Assembly (NCBI GenBank): GCA_030141605.1
Contig: JAQGDQ010000096.1
Location: forward strand, 186,001-250,000
Length of the DNA stretch: 64,000 nt
Direction: 5' to 3'
From: Tubiluchus corallicola
Taxonomy: Eukaryota > Animalia > Priapulida
Part shown: positions 10,201 to 23,169 of the stretch, piece by piece
Layout: each line of letters starts with the position of its first letter
Numbering within the stretch: the stretch's first letter is position 1
Position numbers and translations under genes: made by a program
Notes under the pieces: model-generated
What the model was told of the DNA's origin: nothing
The model's input: only the letters and a program-made list of their open reading frames with translations
Database searches by the model: none

Positions 10201-13200
10201 CAACTCGTCAACTCAGTACTCAACTGCTGGACCCGACTCACGGATCAAATGGCTGGCGTGACTTAACTCACTTTCTGACTTGCTTAAAATATTTTTTCAA
10301 AATACGGCTTTTGTTATTTAGGATTAAAAACTGTGGCTGGTTATATTTAAGAAAACTGATGTACAGTTGCCTTTGACTATTTTGACGCAATAACGTCCAA
10401 TGAAATCTGAATTCATAACTCGCTTGTTTATTAGATTAAAATCCTTGAGTCTGAGGTGCAAAATACAAAAATTTGTAAACAATATTAACAGAATAAACGC
10501 AGACAATTTTATGTCAAGAATACTTTATGTCCTGAGTTTTTTTAGCAACCGCAGTGAGTATATGAAAATTAATTTACAGGTTTTCATTGATGTTTCAGGA
10601 TATTTGGACAGAAAGCGATGGAACTATACAACTTGACAAAAAAGACGATTGCCACTTGCTTGATTTTACAAAAAGTCTAAAAGAGACAACAATTACTTAT
10701 CAAAGAGATTTTGATACCTGTGATAATAATGATTATGTCGTAGAAGTAAGTGACTTGCACAAACATACATATGAAGAAAATGAATCATGTTTTGTTTCCG
10801 ATTATAAACATCGCATTTTTATATATAACACTTGATGTCAGCATTTCCAAGGTAACCGTACCGTGTTTGACTAAAATGCCTCAAAAAAGATAAAAACCAG
10901 AGCCAGATAAAAACTTTTGCCTATTGGGTTTCATGATATTGTTACGTGGGCGAAATGCCATTTATTTTCGACATCCCCTGTACACTGTGAAAAGCCATTG
11001 CACAGCAGCTGTAAGTCGCTGATATGGAATGGCCTCGTTGGTTCAGTCGACAGACGGACAGGTTCGTTTACCACGTAAGCACCTGTTCCGTAGTCATGGT
11101 CAGCATGAGGAACGCATGAAAAGATTCTGGCTAGTTTTCATTTTATTTTCCTGTTTGCATTTTTATATTTCTTCTCTGTTTTTTCATCTATAATATTTGT
11201 CTACAACATGGCTTGACTGATCCAGATTTGAACCATGGACCTCTTGGCTACCTCCGCAACAATATTTTAAAACCGCAAAATTCGTTCTCTATTAAATAGT
11301 CTAAAAACTCATTACAGCATTTGTTACTGCAGATATTTGTAATTAAATATTTGAATTTGATTACAAACTATCGCGTGCAAATATCAAAATCGTAGTCAGG
11401 TGTGTTATAACGACCGTTTTTTTATTACCTAATATATAACTAATTTAATTCACTTGGTCTCACTGACTTTAGGAATATGGCGCCTAATATCATTCCTCTT
11501 TCGTATGCTACTCTTGCGTTAGTTTTGAATGGTTCCCCCTTCCCCCAGTGGCCCTGTCTGGGTACATATACGTGTGCTTGCACAGCATTTTCTCTTCTAT
11601 AGCCAAGCATACCAAGCAGGTACTGCAGCTGGAGACAATAAATACCAATTGATTGCATAAGGTGCCGCAACAAGCGAGAAAAAAACGTGACAACATGAAA
11701 TTAGCTCAGCTACACAACTGACTTCCCGCCCCCAAAAAGAAACAACTTAAAAATCCTTTTATCAGCAGGATTCAAGGTTATCAATCATGGTGCACAAAAT
11801 TAAGTTCTGGAATCGAGTTGGCTGCATACTTCTACTCATTCTTTTTTGAACCTCTGATAAATTAATTTTAGTTTTTCTTGGAAAAAATAAAACTTGCCTA
11901 TTCTCGACGGGACTTGAAGTGCAGTGACACATGCGTAAGGTTTCTAAGGTGTATGTGTGCAATAAGACTGGTGGTGCTGTGCGTTTTCTATAGTCTACGT
12001 GTAATGTATCATTTACTTTGATGAAACTTTGCAGTTAATTATCGTCTACAATCCGTTATCGCAAATTACTCAACTAATTTAAAACAAAGCAGTGGAAACG
12101 TTCCATTTTCATTTATTCAAGCTTCTGCTTTAGTTTGTTCCTTGTTTGTAGCAATAATTTAGTACAAATATGTGAAATAAACTGCGTGAAACTGCAGCTT
12201 TGACACGTTAGAATTCCAAAATAGGGTTACATTTTAAACAAGAATGAAATAATAGTTATTCTACATCGCACATTTTTGACATAGGATGGGACTACACATG
12301 TCATATTTGCATATGGAGATGCCTGGAGTATAGAGCATCCAAACATCCAAGATTCGCACAATGGACTACAAAGAATTCAGTTGCTAAAGGAGGTGAATCC
12401 AACCCCAGCTCTTGGAAAAGACGTCAAAATGTTCGATATTCTTAACTCGGAAGTAAGCAGAAGGCCGCCTACACTATAATTACTGGTGAAAGAAAACAAA
12501 TCTCGGCTAACATTTTTTGCAATTTATTTCTATTTAGCATAGCACAAAAGATATAATTGAAAATATTTAAAATTGCATTTTATAAAATTGCGTACACAAC
12601 ATGTGTGGACACTACCAACCTAGTAACAATCTTCTCTATTCGTCTTGTTTTTGTATAACGAAGTGAAATTATAGCTGAGCGGTCACAGCGTTGGGCTTTA
12701 CGAAATTGAGGATGACTCGCATGGGGAGTTTTGGCACATTGTTTAAACTGAGATTTTGGGCAGTTTCATTCACCGTATTAATTCTGACTCCTTACCTCTT
12801 AACCTCGTAGGTGGAGGATGTGCACACACGCATAGATATATATAGGCTTGCAGTGTGCTGAGTTTCATTATTATAAAAACCTATATCACTTACAATTATA
12901 TTCGTACGCTAATTTCAGAACTAGCTTGTTTTCATACGGGAGCATATTACTCTTCTTTTGAAACTGTGTATTTCAGGTGCATGTTCCAAATAAAGAGACA
13001 ACTTACTGGTGCATCACTCAACAAGTACCTCTATTGACATCAAAACATCACATTGTTAAGGTGAGCACCCTTCTATCCTTGTTAAGCTTGACGTTTATGC
13101 GTAATTCGCAATGTTTTCTCATAAGTTCACTTTTGTGACGGCCTTTGGGTCAACATTGCAACATCATTGTAACTGACAGCGATATTTTTTACCACTAACT

Positions 13201-16200
13201 AATTGGTACGGGTGGCCGAGTGGTTAAGGTAACGGACTGTTGGTACTTCTCTGCTTTCAGCCCGAGTCCGAATCTCACGACCACCTGTATTGGCACAAAC
13301 AGTTGTTATCTGTGTTGTATATTTGTGGCGCAGTGTTGTTGTATTCGTTAAGAGTCGCTTATAGTACACAACACAGATAGCTTATAGCTAATGTTGTCTG
13401 TTGTCCCTGCGATTGTAAATAAGTGTCTTTTCCTTTTCTTATCAGAATTGTACAACAGCTAAAAATTACTTTATGTGACAAAAACGATGAATTACCATAC
13501 CAGCTTAAAATAGCAACAGGTTTTTATCATTATATCAGCAACAAACAAACTCGTACAAACTTGTGCACATTCTTTTCTGCTTGACCACTGACCGGGATCC
13601 AAAACTGTCCATTCTAAAGTCTCGAGGTAATTTCAAAATAAATTACAGAGAAATTCTTTAGCAACACTCGGGAACCAAATTTCTCATATTGGAAATTATT
13701 TTGACAATTTGATTTTCCCGAGTTTTTAGCTGCTGGAAACCTTAGCAAATGACAAAGAATAGCGCTTCTAACTTCCCATTCTTTCCAGGTTAGCGTCTCG
13801 AATAGATTTTCCAAAAAAAATTGCTTGTTTGCTTGTGTCGAACATTAATTGTAGGCCTAGATGGCGTTTATAACTAACATTCCAGTGTTTCTTTACACTT
13901 TCACCTGGTAAATGCATAAATAAAGCAGAAGGTAAAAGTATAGGTCTGGGAATAAATTAAGAATGGAGAATTTTTTGCAGTTTGAAGGTGTTATACAGTC
14001 GGGAAACGAACAGCTAGTACATCATATGGAGGTTTTTCATTGCGAAGTAAAGCCAGGAAGAACGATGGTTGCATATAGTGGCGAATGTCATTCAAGAAAC
14101 CTTCCAAAGAAGGTGCAAATGTGCAAAAAAGTGATCGGCGCATGGGCGATGGGGGCCAAAGTGAGTCTTTTTGATCTTTTTTTAGACAGACGTCTGGATT
14201 TGGTAACAGCACCTTTTTCAACCAATCGTCTCATCATTGGGCTGAAATTTGTTTGTCAACTTTGATTTATTGAAGAAGGCCAAGTTTGTATCATTTTTGC
14301 TATTGCAAATATACACTGTCACTTACATATTGGTGTTTACATATATCAGACGTTTCGCCACGCCTTTCCTTTACTATTTTTCGTAAATTGCCTGTATTAA
14401 ATTATGTTGGAAAAATAGACCTGAAAGCTGAAATCTGAATCTCAGGTGGGAGAAGTGACAGAATTGGCTTAGAATAAGTGTGAAAAACGGTGTGTCTGTA
14501 ATTTTTGATGATATACTCAATAGATTATCCGACATTGCTTGGAGTACTACCGCTACATTTCGGTTTGTCTTCATCTTGTTAGTTTTCACTTTATATAACG
14601 GGTTAAAAAAATCGTATTTTGAGTTTGGGAGGGATCGGTTCTGAATTTGTTAAGTAAGCATAGGACGTTGAAATTAGCCGCATGTACAAACTTTACAACT
14701 AAGAAGAATTTTTTTAACGTAGGAGTTCGTGTACCCTGCAGAAGCTGGCTTTCCAATTGGAGGTGCTGACTTTTCTCCATACGTTTTGCTGGAAGTTCAT
14801 TACAATAATCCATCACGTCGCTCTGGTACGAAGCGTTTGTTCTTAAAGGTTTCACTATGGCCAGTATCCTATAGATAATTATAACACCCCGTCAATGAAT
14901 TTGTTAATACTATAATAAACAACATAGATTTTATTATAGCAAAATCTTCTTGAATTTCATACAGTTATTTATTTATTTACATGTATTTATTATTTATTCT
15001 CCGCAAACGGTTCGCTTAACAACTCGTTAGGCTTGCGAGCTAGGGTAGCCCTAACCAGGGGAAGGACATAAGTTTGTTGATCTCTGACTTCTGGTAGTCA
15101 TACTTGGTGATCTTTTAGATGGTGAGGGCTATGGACACAAACTCACAGGGTACACTCCCTGGGTAAAGGTAACTATGTCTGTATGTTATCCAAGAATGCC
15201 GGGATAAAGGTCATGGAGTGAGCGGGTCTTCATTTATTTTTCTTTAGGCGTCTTCTGCTCCTACAGTTTTTGAGCCAGGGCTACAGTTTTTGGTATGTGG
15301 TCGGTGGGATCCCGTCTTTGAATATTACTAAATACAGGACATGCGTCTGTAGGAAAAATTGCCACGGGGGTGTCGGTGGGGGGGGGGGGGGTAACCGAAA
15401 GTTGGGGTTGGAAACAGAAACACATCGAGTTTCGAATTAAGAGTACCTTGTAGCACATCAAATGAAAGGTCTGTATAAGTCGAATTGAGTGGAATGAAAA
15501 TGGTTAATCTGCGGCCCCACTAGGAGGCGAAATAGGGCCCGACTATAGACAAATGCCTTCCAGTGTCATCAAATTAATTTGTAGTGCATCAGATGAAAAA
15601 TCTCAATGAGACAAATTGAACGGTGTAAGTTACGCCAATATTTGTTATTCTGGGGTGGGGGGGGGGGGAACAAGTAGCCCCAATAGGGTAAAATGGGGGC
15701 TCGAGGAAGCTAGCTTGTAGTATATCTAATGAAAGGTCTTGACTGGGTTTGTTCTTAACCCCAGTAGGGTAAAATGGAGATTCGAGAAGACAAATAGCTT
15801 CTAGTGTCTACCGAAACTAGCTTGTAGTATATATCAAATGAAAGGTCTTGATGAGAAGAAATGAACGACATAAGTTGGCTTCTCTAACAAAAGGCTGGCG
15901 TCTTTTAAAGACCAATTAGGTAGCCATTATTTGTAAAATCTTAAGTTTGGCAGTTTCTGGCTACGTCAGAAACATTGTTAACTAGTTTACAATTTGTTAT
16001 TCATCCTCAGTCAGTTTTTGGTTACAATTATTACAGTCGTCGTTCACAGACAGAGGTATAATCAATCACTACCCAGCTTACAATAAAAGTTCATACAAAT
16101 GTTACAATTGATTTTTAATGTTGCTATTAAACTAAAATGACATCGCACCACACATACAAACAACAAAAAGAAACAAACAATTGCGAATCATACACTCTAT

Positions 16201-19200
16201 AAAGGCACACACATACAAAGTTACCGCCAAAGGAAAAGGGTCATTAGGTGAGCATAGGTCTATATTAGGCTATTAGCACATTAAAAGATTCGAAACACGA
16301 CACACTACATTACACAAAATAGTTTATATACAGTGTATATAGCTTGCGCAATAGTATATACAAATTTTAAATAATTATTTTCATCGCTTTACAGACTGGG
16401 TGGACAGTTCCGGAATAAGATTCTATTACACTTCAACGCTACGACAATATGATGCTGGCGTCATGGAACTGGGACTAGAGTACACACCTAAAATGGCGAT
16501 TCCACCCGGACAGCCCGTTTTTCACTTAACCGGTGACTGTGTTAGTCAGTGCACGACAGTGGTATGTATGTATGTATATAATTTGCAAATTTAGAAACGT
16601 CAACTAATATTTGCAAAATCTGATATGACAACTAGTTAAAGCCCGGGAGAAATAGATTTTTTGGCGAAATTTCCAATAACTAACTAACAGTAACTACTTA
16701 AATACAAATTAGTTGGAGAATAACTAATAACTGTCTTAATTTCAGGGACTGAAAAGCAGTGGCATAAAGATCTTTGCATCCCAACTTCACACCCATTTAA
16801 CTGGAAGAAGAATCTGGACAAAACATGTTCGTGATGGAGTAGAACTTCCAGAACTAAACCGCGACAATCATTACAGTTCGATGTTCCAAGAAATACGGAT
16901 CCTAAAAAGGGAAATACATGTATTGCCGGTAACTTGATTGACTTCTTTTCTTAAATTTTCGTGCAAAAGCGAGTGAAATGCTCATCAAGTAGTTTTTAGC
17001 ATGTGTACATATATACGTCGTGTGGTATTGTCTTTGTCCATATACGGGTGACACTAAGCAGTTTGGCAATAATCTGAAGCCACGCTGATCAATAATAACG
17101 TTTAACGAACTACTAAGTCGAAGTTGAAATATTGATATCAATTTTTGTTTTCTCTTATAGCTAGCTGTACGCTTTTCCCAAATATGCGTGTTACTATTGT
17201 TTTGCATTTATGTGTCAATCTTCCTGTTAAACGTTTACTTAAATGCAACTTTTGTATATTGTTTTTCATTAACTCCTGTCTAATTTTTAGAATGTTAATT
17301 ATCGACTTCGATTTTTGATGTACGTTTTAGGTAGATGGACCTTAATCTTTTAGTAAATTTTCAAGAATTCTTCGCATTTTTATCTTAAAACGGTGAGGTG
17401 CAAATGCCACCATGCCACGAATTTACATAACATTACCAAATTTGGTAAACTAGTGGAACAGCTGAAGACTTTTTGGTATAGGTTTTGAAGCTAAGCGTGA
17501 ATTTTGCTTTAAAGCAATATAATTATGTTTAGTGTTTTGTCATTTTGATACTTGAGACAGTAGAGTAGATGAGCGGAGTCATTTGATTTCATATGAATCC
17601 AATTTGTTCACCACGAATTCTAACTTATAAAGATTTTTTGTTTGGTTACAGGGCGATGCTCTTATTACCACTTGTGAACATGACACGTTAGATAGGCAAA
17701 ACGTCACACTGGGAGGCTGGGGTATACGTGATGAAATGTGTGTTAATTACGTTCATTATTATCCTCGATCAGAACTTGAAGTTTGCAAAAGTTCCATTGA
17801 TACAGACAGCCTTATGGATTATTTCCACTTTATGCACGAGTGAGTTAATTTCATTATTTAATGTTACTGTAAAAATATTCTCAGCATTTTTTGTGATTAG
17901 ATACGCTTGTAGGTGTTTTTTTGCAAAATTTAATGTTGTCATTAATTGTTTAGAATAAACTGTATTTACATGTACATGTTAATATGTATTTGTATACTGC
18001 GTTTAGTTTTGCACTGTGAGCACATACAAGCAAGCAGGAAATACTTTTTTGGACATTAGTAGTAAACTAAAAAGGGAAAACGATATCAAACAAATTGTGC
18101 TCAATGCTCTCCTGATCTCGCTACTTTTTTTAAATTAAAAGACTTTTGGATACTTCGATGTCACAGGGATGATTTACACTCGGTTTTGTTCGCTGCCGCG
18201 CCGCGTCCATTTCTTGTTGTTGCTTTGAGATCCAAATTTTTAACTCTGATTAGCTGATTAGTACGCTGTCGTCGTAGGGGATAGTTGGAGGGGTGTGGAT
18301 TGGCAGTAATAGGCAGTCCTCTGCTGCTTGGTTAAGCGCTTGCGACCTGGGGCGGTGCGACCTTGGATCAGTAATCCCTAAAATTTGCCTAGATTTTTTA
18401 TCGTTGCATCGTAGTTACATGGATAAAACAACTCAATATAAGTTAAGTTCAAATCTTCACCGCTAATATCAGCGCTTCAGATGAGTGGCTTTTAAAGAAA
18501 GTCTTAAAAGAAGCTAATAAAATAACCCATGACTTAATAGCAGTAACAGGTGATTTCAATGGTCGCCAACAGAGAAGTAATTCGGAAACAAATCAAAGCC
18601 GGCGTCGCTTTATTTTAGGACCATTATTTTCTTTCAGTGTTTATTAATGACATGGCCTAGAAATAGCCTGAAAATGTAATACACTTATTTACAGATGATA
18701 CTAGTTTACTCTGTCCAACTATCAGTATACATTTAAGTTATGAGAAAAGCTCTGTCAATATGTATAGCAACATAAACCAAATTCATTTAGTTGCATTGTC
18801 CTTCAAATCAAATCGATTTATCAAATCAATTGATCTGTTGTTGCACTTTAACTGCAGCTTGCCGACTTTAGCTGCCACTAATCCTACCTTACTTTACCTT
18901 ACCTTCTCTTATCTTATCTTGTCATCTCTTATCGTATCTCGTCTGGTCTCTTCTCAGCTCCTCTTATGTGTTAGATTAGTTGCAATACTCATTATGCTTC
19001 TAGTAGCACTTGCACTACTATGAAGATACTTGCATCAGATGTAGTCTATATTTCATATCCACTTTAAATGAATGAAGTTTAAACAAAACCAAACTATTTA
19101 CGTGTATTTGAATAAAAATAATTGCTTTTGATTTGTAGGCGTCTGCGAGCCGCATGATCTACATATTCATTGTGAATAGCTTAGTGGTCAAGGCGTGTGC

Positions 19201-21513
19201 TTGGCTAAGAAAGAATAAGCGACGTCGAGTTCAATTAGTAAATGAATGGGTTACCTCCAGTGAACTACTTCACCTGTCATAATGCTTATAGCTAGGTGTA
19301 TGTCATAGTTAGGGCTGCTGTGTCAGTTTAGTGTTCATATCAGAGCATTGTCCTTGATAATAAGCTAGATTCCGGTTCTACTACAGCCTTTCAACATATG
19401 TAGCACATATAAAATATATAAACACAGTTTAGGAGTTTTTCGGAAACATATTGGTGTGATACCTTACACGGTTCTGTTGGTAAACGTGCTAGCCATCCAT
19501 CTGGGCAGTCAATGTCACTGAGAGTGCTTTTTAAGGTCAAGGGTCACTTAAAACACAGAAACTATAAGGAGGTAGGCAATCAAATTTGGGTGATATATAC
19601 AGATTTTACTTCTGTTCATAAATGTGTATATATTTTTGCGATGTCCTAATAGCAATCTCAAATTCATTCTCATTCACATCATTTCACTAACCTAATTCTA
19701 CTAATTCCGATCTCCTGCACCCTCCACTGTCATGCTATAATTTTTTACCTTCCCTTTTTTGCATCCTAACACCAGCATCATTAATTGCATTATAGTCACA
19801 CAAGTAACGGTTCTGACTATAATGCAAGCAATAATTTATATAGATATCATACCATGTCGACTTTATTATGAAATTAATGTAGCTATGTATACCATGTTAT
19901 CATAATGTATTTTGCTTTTTTGTATTGTTGTTTGGTGTTTTCGTAATAAAATAAAAAATAATAAAAAAATTAGTGTAGTCAGTGCTCTCAGATCTGTTAA
20001 AAGTGAAAGACCGAATACAGCTCAAAAACTGTATGAAGTTGGTGATCTTGAGTGGGTTGTTTAAAATAGAAGGTCAATGAAAACCTAATAATTGTAACAA
20101 AAGTATAATGATTTTTAATATCAAACAGGGAATGTTTTTTAATGGGTAACCGGCGTCTTTGAGTAAATGACTCAAAATCAAATATTCGTTTGCCAAAAAG
20201 ACAAGTAGACGACAAACCCGTCAAACAGAGGGTGAATTAAAAATGGCAGAGTTGGAGCAAATAGTTGATTACTTCATATTTCGAAGATGTAGTGTTCTTA
20301 ATAGCGTTCATAGCAATGAATTTGATGACAAGCTTAAATTTGTCGCATGTTTTCACTTCGTTGTCAAAATTTGACAACAAGCATCAAACTGACCTGCGAC
20401 TTTGACCTTGACTGTTTTACAAAATGAGACCAAAAATATTCGATAATTTATGCCGTCTGAGTATTCGTAAGCCTGATGTTTCGACTTTGTAGTCTATGCC
20501 TGAACGTCCAGAAGAACAACTGTAGGCACTCCTAAACAACTAATAACTAATGCTTTTTTTGTAATGGTATAGGCTAGTGCAAGACGTCCGCTTTCCGCCT
20601 GGGGGGTTGTGAGTTCGGTATTGCACCTTGCGTCAAACCAATGTCATTAAATTGGTACCTGCTATTACCCTGACCGGCGCGTTGTGTTTGTGGTAAAAGC
20701 GGGATAATAATTAGCTCTGTTATCTAGTTGTAGAATTTGTTATTTATAGTCAGCAAAAAACCCATGAACTAATGTTAATTGCTATCTAAAAACCGACTTT
20801 CAATAAAGAATTATTATTATTATTTGTAGTTATAACCTTTACTACACAAAATCCAATAATTCCTATGAAGAGAACTACCGTAGCATTTCATGGACTCCGT
20901 TGCAAGCCAGATTGTTACAAACTTTGTACGACGAGTCACCACTGTCAATGCAGTGCAACAAATCAAATGGCAATCGGTTTTGGGTAAGATTAGCTTCTAG
21001 TTACTGTGATTTTTATCCTCAAATTATTACTTATATAACTTTTTTATGTAAGGTACATTCTACCTTAGCAGCTACTGCTCAGTAAGGATTGATTAAAAAT
21101 TGAACATTCTATATGTGAACAAATAAAAAGGTAAACGCAGAAAATACAAACAATAATCTCACTCAGAAATATACAGAAAACTTTACGTCAGTGTGATGGA
21201 AGTACAACAGCGTAAGAGATGACATCAAAATGATCAACTGTCGTTTCATCATAATTATAACAGAAGTAAACGGCCCAAAACTGACGATATTGAACATTGT
21301 CTTCTGCTTTTGATCTATCAGAAACGTTGCTTTCTATTATGGTTAAATGTTTTTAATTTACAGGGCAATTGGAGTAGCTTACCGCAAACTGAGATTCGAC
21401 TACCATTAAAAAAGGAGCCTCAACAATGTAAATTATTTTCAGTCTACAACAGGGTTTCTCAGCCTGGGATGTCTGCGAGTTTGACCAGACATGGAGGGCG
21501 TGGTGGCATTTAA
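7201..21513 (+). CDS. Tbh: Tyramine beta-hydroxylase / dopamine beta-hydroxylase family copper monooxygenase, 12 exons, 683 aa
   Basis: GT-AG exons with consistent phase: 7201-7602, 8616-8741, 10599-10745, 12285-12452, 12977-13060, 13981-14160, 14723-14825, 16395-16561, 16746-16928, 17652-17839, 20830-20983, 21364-21513 (2052 nt). Signal peptide, DOMON (LHLYWDV, VGFSDYG..NADL, RDFDTCD), ETTYWC, CuH ligands VHHM and EVHYNNP, DSSGIR, CuM ligands LHTHLTG and DEMC. ELGLEYTPKMAIPP is closer to protostome TBH than to vertebrate DBH. AATAAA at 21522. Confidence 0.95.
7745..8370. repeat. Degenerate 21-bp minisatellite in TBH intron 1
   Basis: Repeated core (A/T)(C/T)TGATGAAG followed by a variable C-rich segment, e.g. 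ACTGATGAAGTTCACTCTCAT, ATTGATGAAGCCCACTCCCAA; roughly two dozen units. Confidence 0.9.
9812..10280. repeat. GA-rich tract followed by degenerate (ACTG/ACTA)n tetranucleotide repeat
   Basis: Direct reading. Confidence 0.6.
13205..13440 (+). mobile_element. tRNA-derived SINE (pseudo-tRNA head 13205-13284)
   Basis: A-box TGGCCGAGTGGTTAAGG and B-box-like GAGTCCGAATC with long variable-arm spacing. Acceptor and anticodon stems do not pair, so it is not a functional tRNA. Confidence 0.7.
15330..15900. mobile_element. Non-autonomous element with roughly 110-135-bp internal repeats and poly-G runs
   Basis: TAGxAxATCAAATGAAAGGTC-like motif recurs at about 15451, 15583, 15718 and 15826; G-runs at about 15378 and 15651. 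Confidence 0.55.
18270..18720 (+). mobile_element. Heavily deleted CR1-like LINE remnant
   Basis: IAVTGDFNG (APE endonuclease motif) at about 18537, followed closely by ILGPLF...FINDM...LFTDDTSL (RT motifs) at about 18612-18710; GC-rich leader upstream. Confidence 0.55.
19175..19390 (+). mobile_element. Decayed tRNA-derived SINE
   Basis: A-box TAGCTTAGTGGTCAAGGCG and B-box-like GAGTTCAA. Confidence 0.45.
20565..20824 (+). mobile_element. SINE with conserved core and (TTA)n tail
   Basis: Degenerate tRNA head, core GTCAAACCAATGTCATTAAATTGGTACCTGCT, 3' end AATGTTAATT..ATCTAAAA.C.GA.TTT.AATAA plus (TTA)n. Homologous to 37345-37520 and, on the minus strand, 35880-35970. Core resembles the Nin-domain SINEs (recollection, needs a Dfam/Repbase check). 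Confidence 0.7.
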
Positions 21514-22932
21514 GGCGTTTTAATAAATGCTGATAAAAATAGATTAATTATGATGGTTCAATTCCATTTTGTTTTACATATTACTTCACTATAAATAGAA
21601 AACATTTGTTTTCCAATTATCATCTAGGTATCTTAACCAAATTTTCTAGTATCGGTTTATTTACTAGACGAATTACAAAAAAGGAACTCTGGAGGCCAGT
21701 GGTTTTTTTCCAAAAGTGGGCAACATAGTCAGTCATATCAGTTTGATTATGCTGAACCAGAAAAAACTAGTTTTTGGAAATCGTGTCTTAGCTATTGGAG
21801 CAGATGAGATGACGATTGTAGTGTCTAAATATAGGTTTTCAATGTCATGGAATCCATATTTAATGCTTAATGGTGGCTGCAGTCGTTTGTGCGACATAAT
21901 TAACTATATTGCGTGTTTTTGATGATGTGATGACGAGTTTTGTATTACTGGCTTTAAAGGTCTAACATTTGGCGTAGTAGCCAATATGTCCGCCATTTTC
22001 AGCCACAATTTTATGCCAAAAAATGATTGACTCTAGCTTGTAAAATCTACATCTTAGGCAATATGAAATTGGGAATTTCTTTTAATCTATATTGTTTATA
22101 CAAAACTTGGGTGGTGGCCATTTTGTTTTTTTGACCCTTTTCCGCTAATTTTTGAAGCTCGTAACAATCTTTTTCGGATTCATCATGGTCAATTGATAAG
22201 ACTGTTGCTCTCTTTTAGAAAAACTCCACTAGAACCTTACAGAAGCACCTTTTCAGGATATTCTTCTAAGCTGTTACGTCGCTTGTATTAATTTGATTCT
22301 TTTCATAACAGATCTGTCCTATATAATGGTATAATATAATAATATCACTTGCATATTTTGTATATTGTTTTATTTGCCAAAATACGCTTTATGCAGACTA
22401 TTGCAAGTATGTTTATTAACAAAATTATAAATCTAGATTATCTCGCAATTAAGAGATGAAGAAACATGGCACTCAGTTCAACACAGTGAAGTTATAATTA
22501 CTATTTTTATCGTTCTGTAAAAGGTAAAAAACACTGCTAAAAACTGTTGTTGTTTCGTAATGATACACAGTCATTAATTATTGAAGACACGGATACAGTG
22601 CAAAAAAGGACAAAGTAATAATCACTAAACGCAATCGCCATTTTAAGTACAGAGTAAAACCTCTTATGTGTCATTTTGTTGGATAGTAAAGCATTGCTGA
22701 ATTGATAGGGAATGTACTCCTACTGCTCTAAATATTAATTAGCGTGAAAAATTCCGACATTGCGCTCAACATTACATATCACCAATTAGATGAACAATAT
22801 AATTATCACAATAAGTAGCACAATTGCAAAATAATCACAAGGCAAGGCACAATATAAAATCTATTTTAATTATAAGTCAGCACTGTAGGCACTGTAGGGA
22901 CTTACTCTGTTAGGGGATAGAAAAAAGTCAAA

Positions 22933-23140
22933 ATGCCATCAGATTTTCAGCCGTAGGACCAGTTCTTTTAACGTGGAAACCTGGGGAAAAACTGTAAGCA
23001 AAAGTTTGACATTTTTCTCAATACCAATGAAGCAAATAACAAGCCTGATTCCGTAAAAATAACTATGCTGCTAAATGCTATCGGTGACGAGGGATTAGAA
23101 TGATATAACCAGTTTAATTATACTGATAAACTAAATCGTG
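22933..23140 (+). mobile_element. Ty3/Gypsy LTR retrotransposon gag N-terminus, pseudogenised
   Basis: One frame from ATG 22933: MPSDFQP*DQFF*RGNLGKNCKQKFDIFLNTNEANNKPDSVKITMLLNAIGDEGLE*YNQF, matching the invertebrate Gypsy gag pattern (W..F..F.....K.A.LL..IG.EG.E.YN.F); three in-frame stops. Confidence 0.7.
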
Positions 23141-23169
23141 ATGTACCCAAGTGTTAACTTGATAAAAAC

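Noticed and set aside
13205-13284. Functional tRNA gene
   Set aside because: A and B boxes present but acceptor and anticodon stems do not pair; treated as a SINE head.
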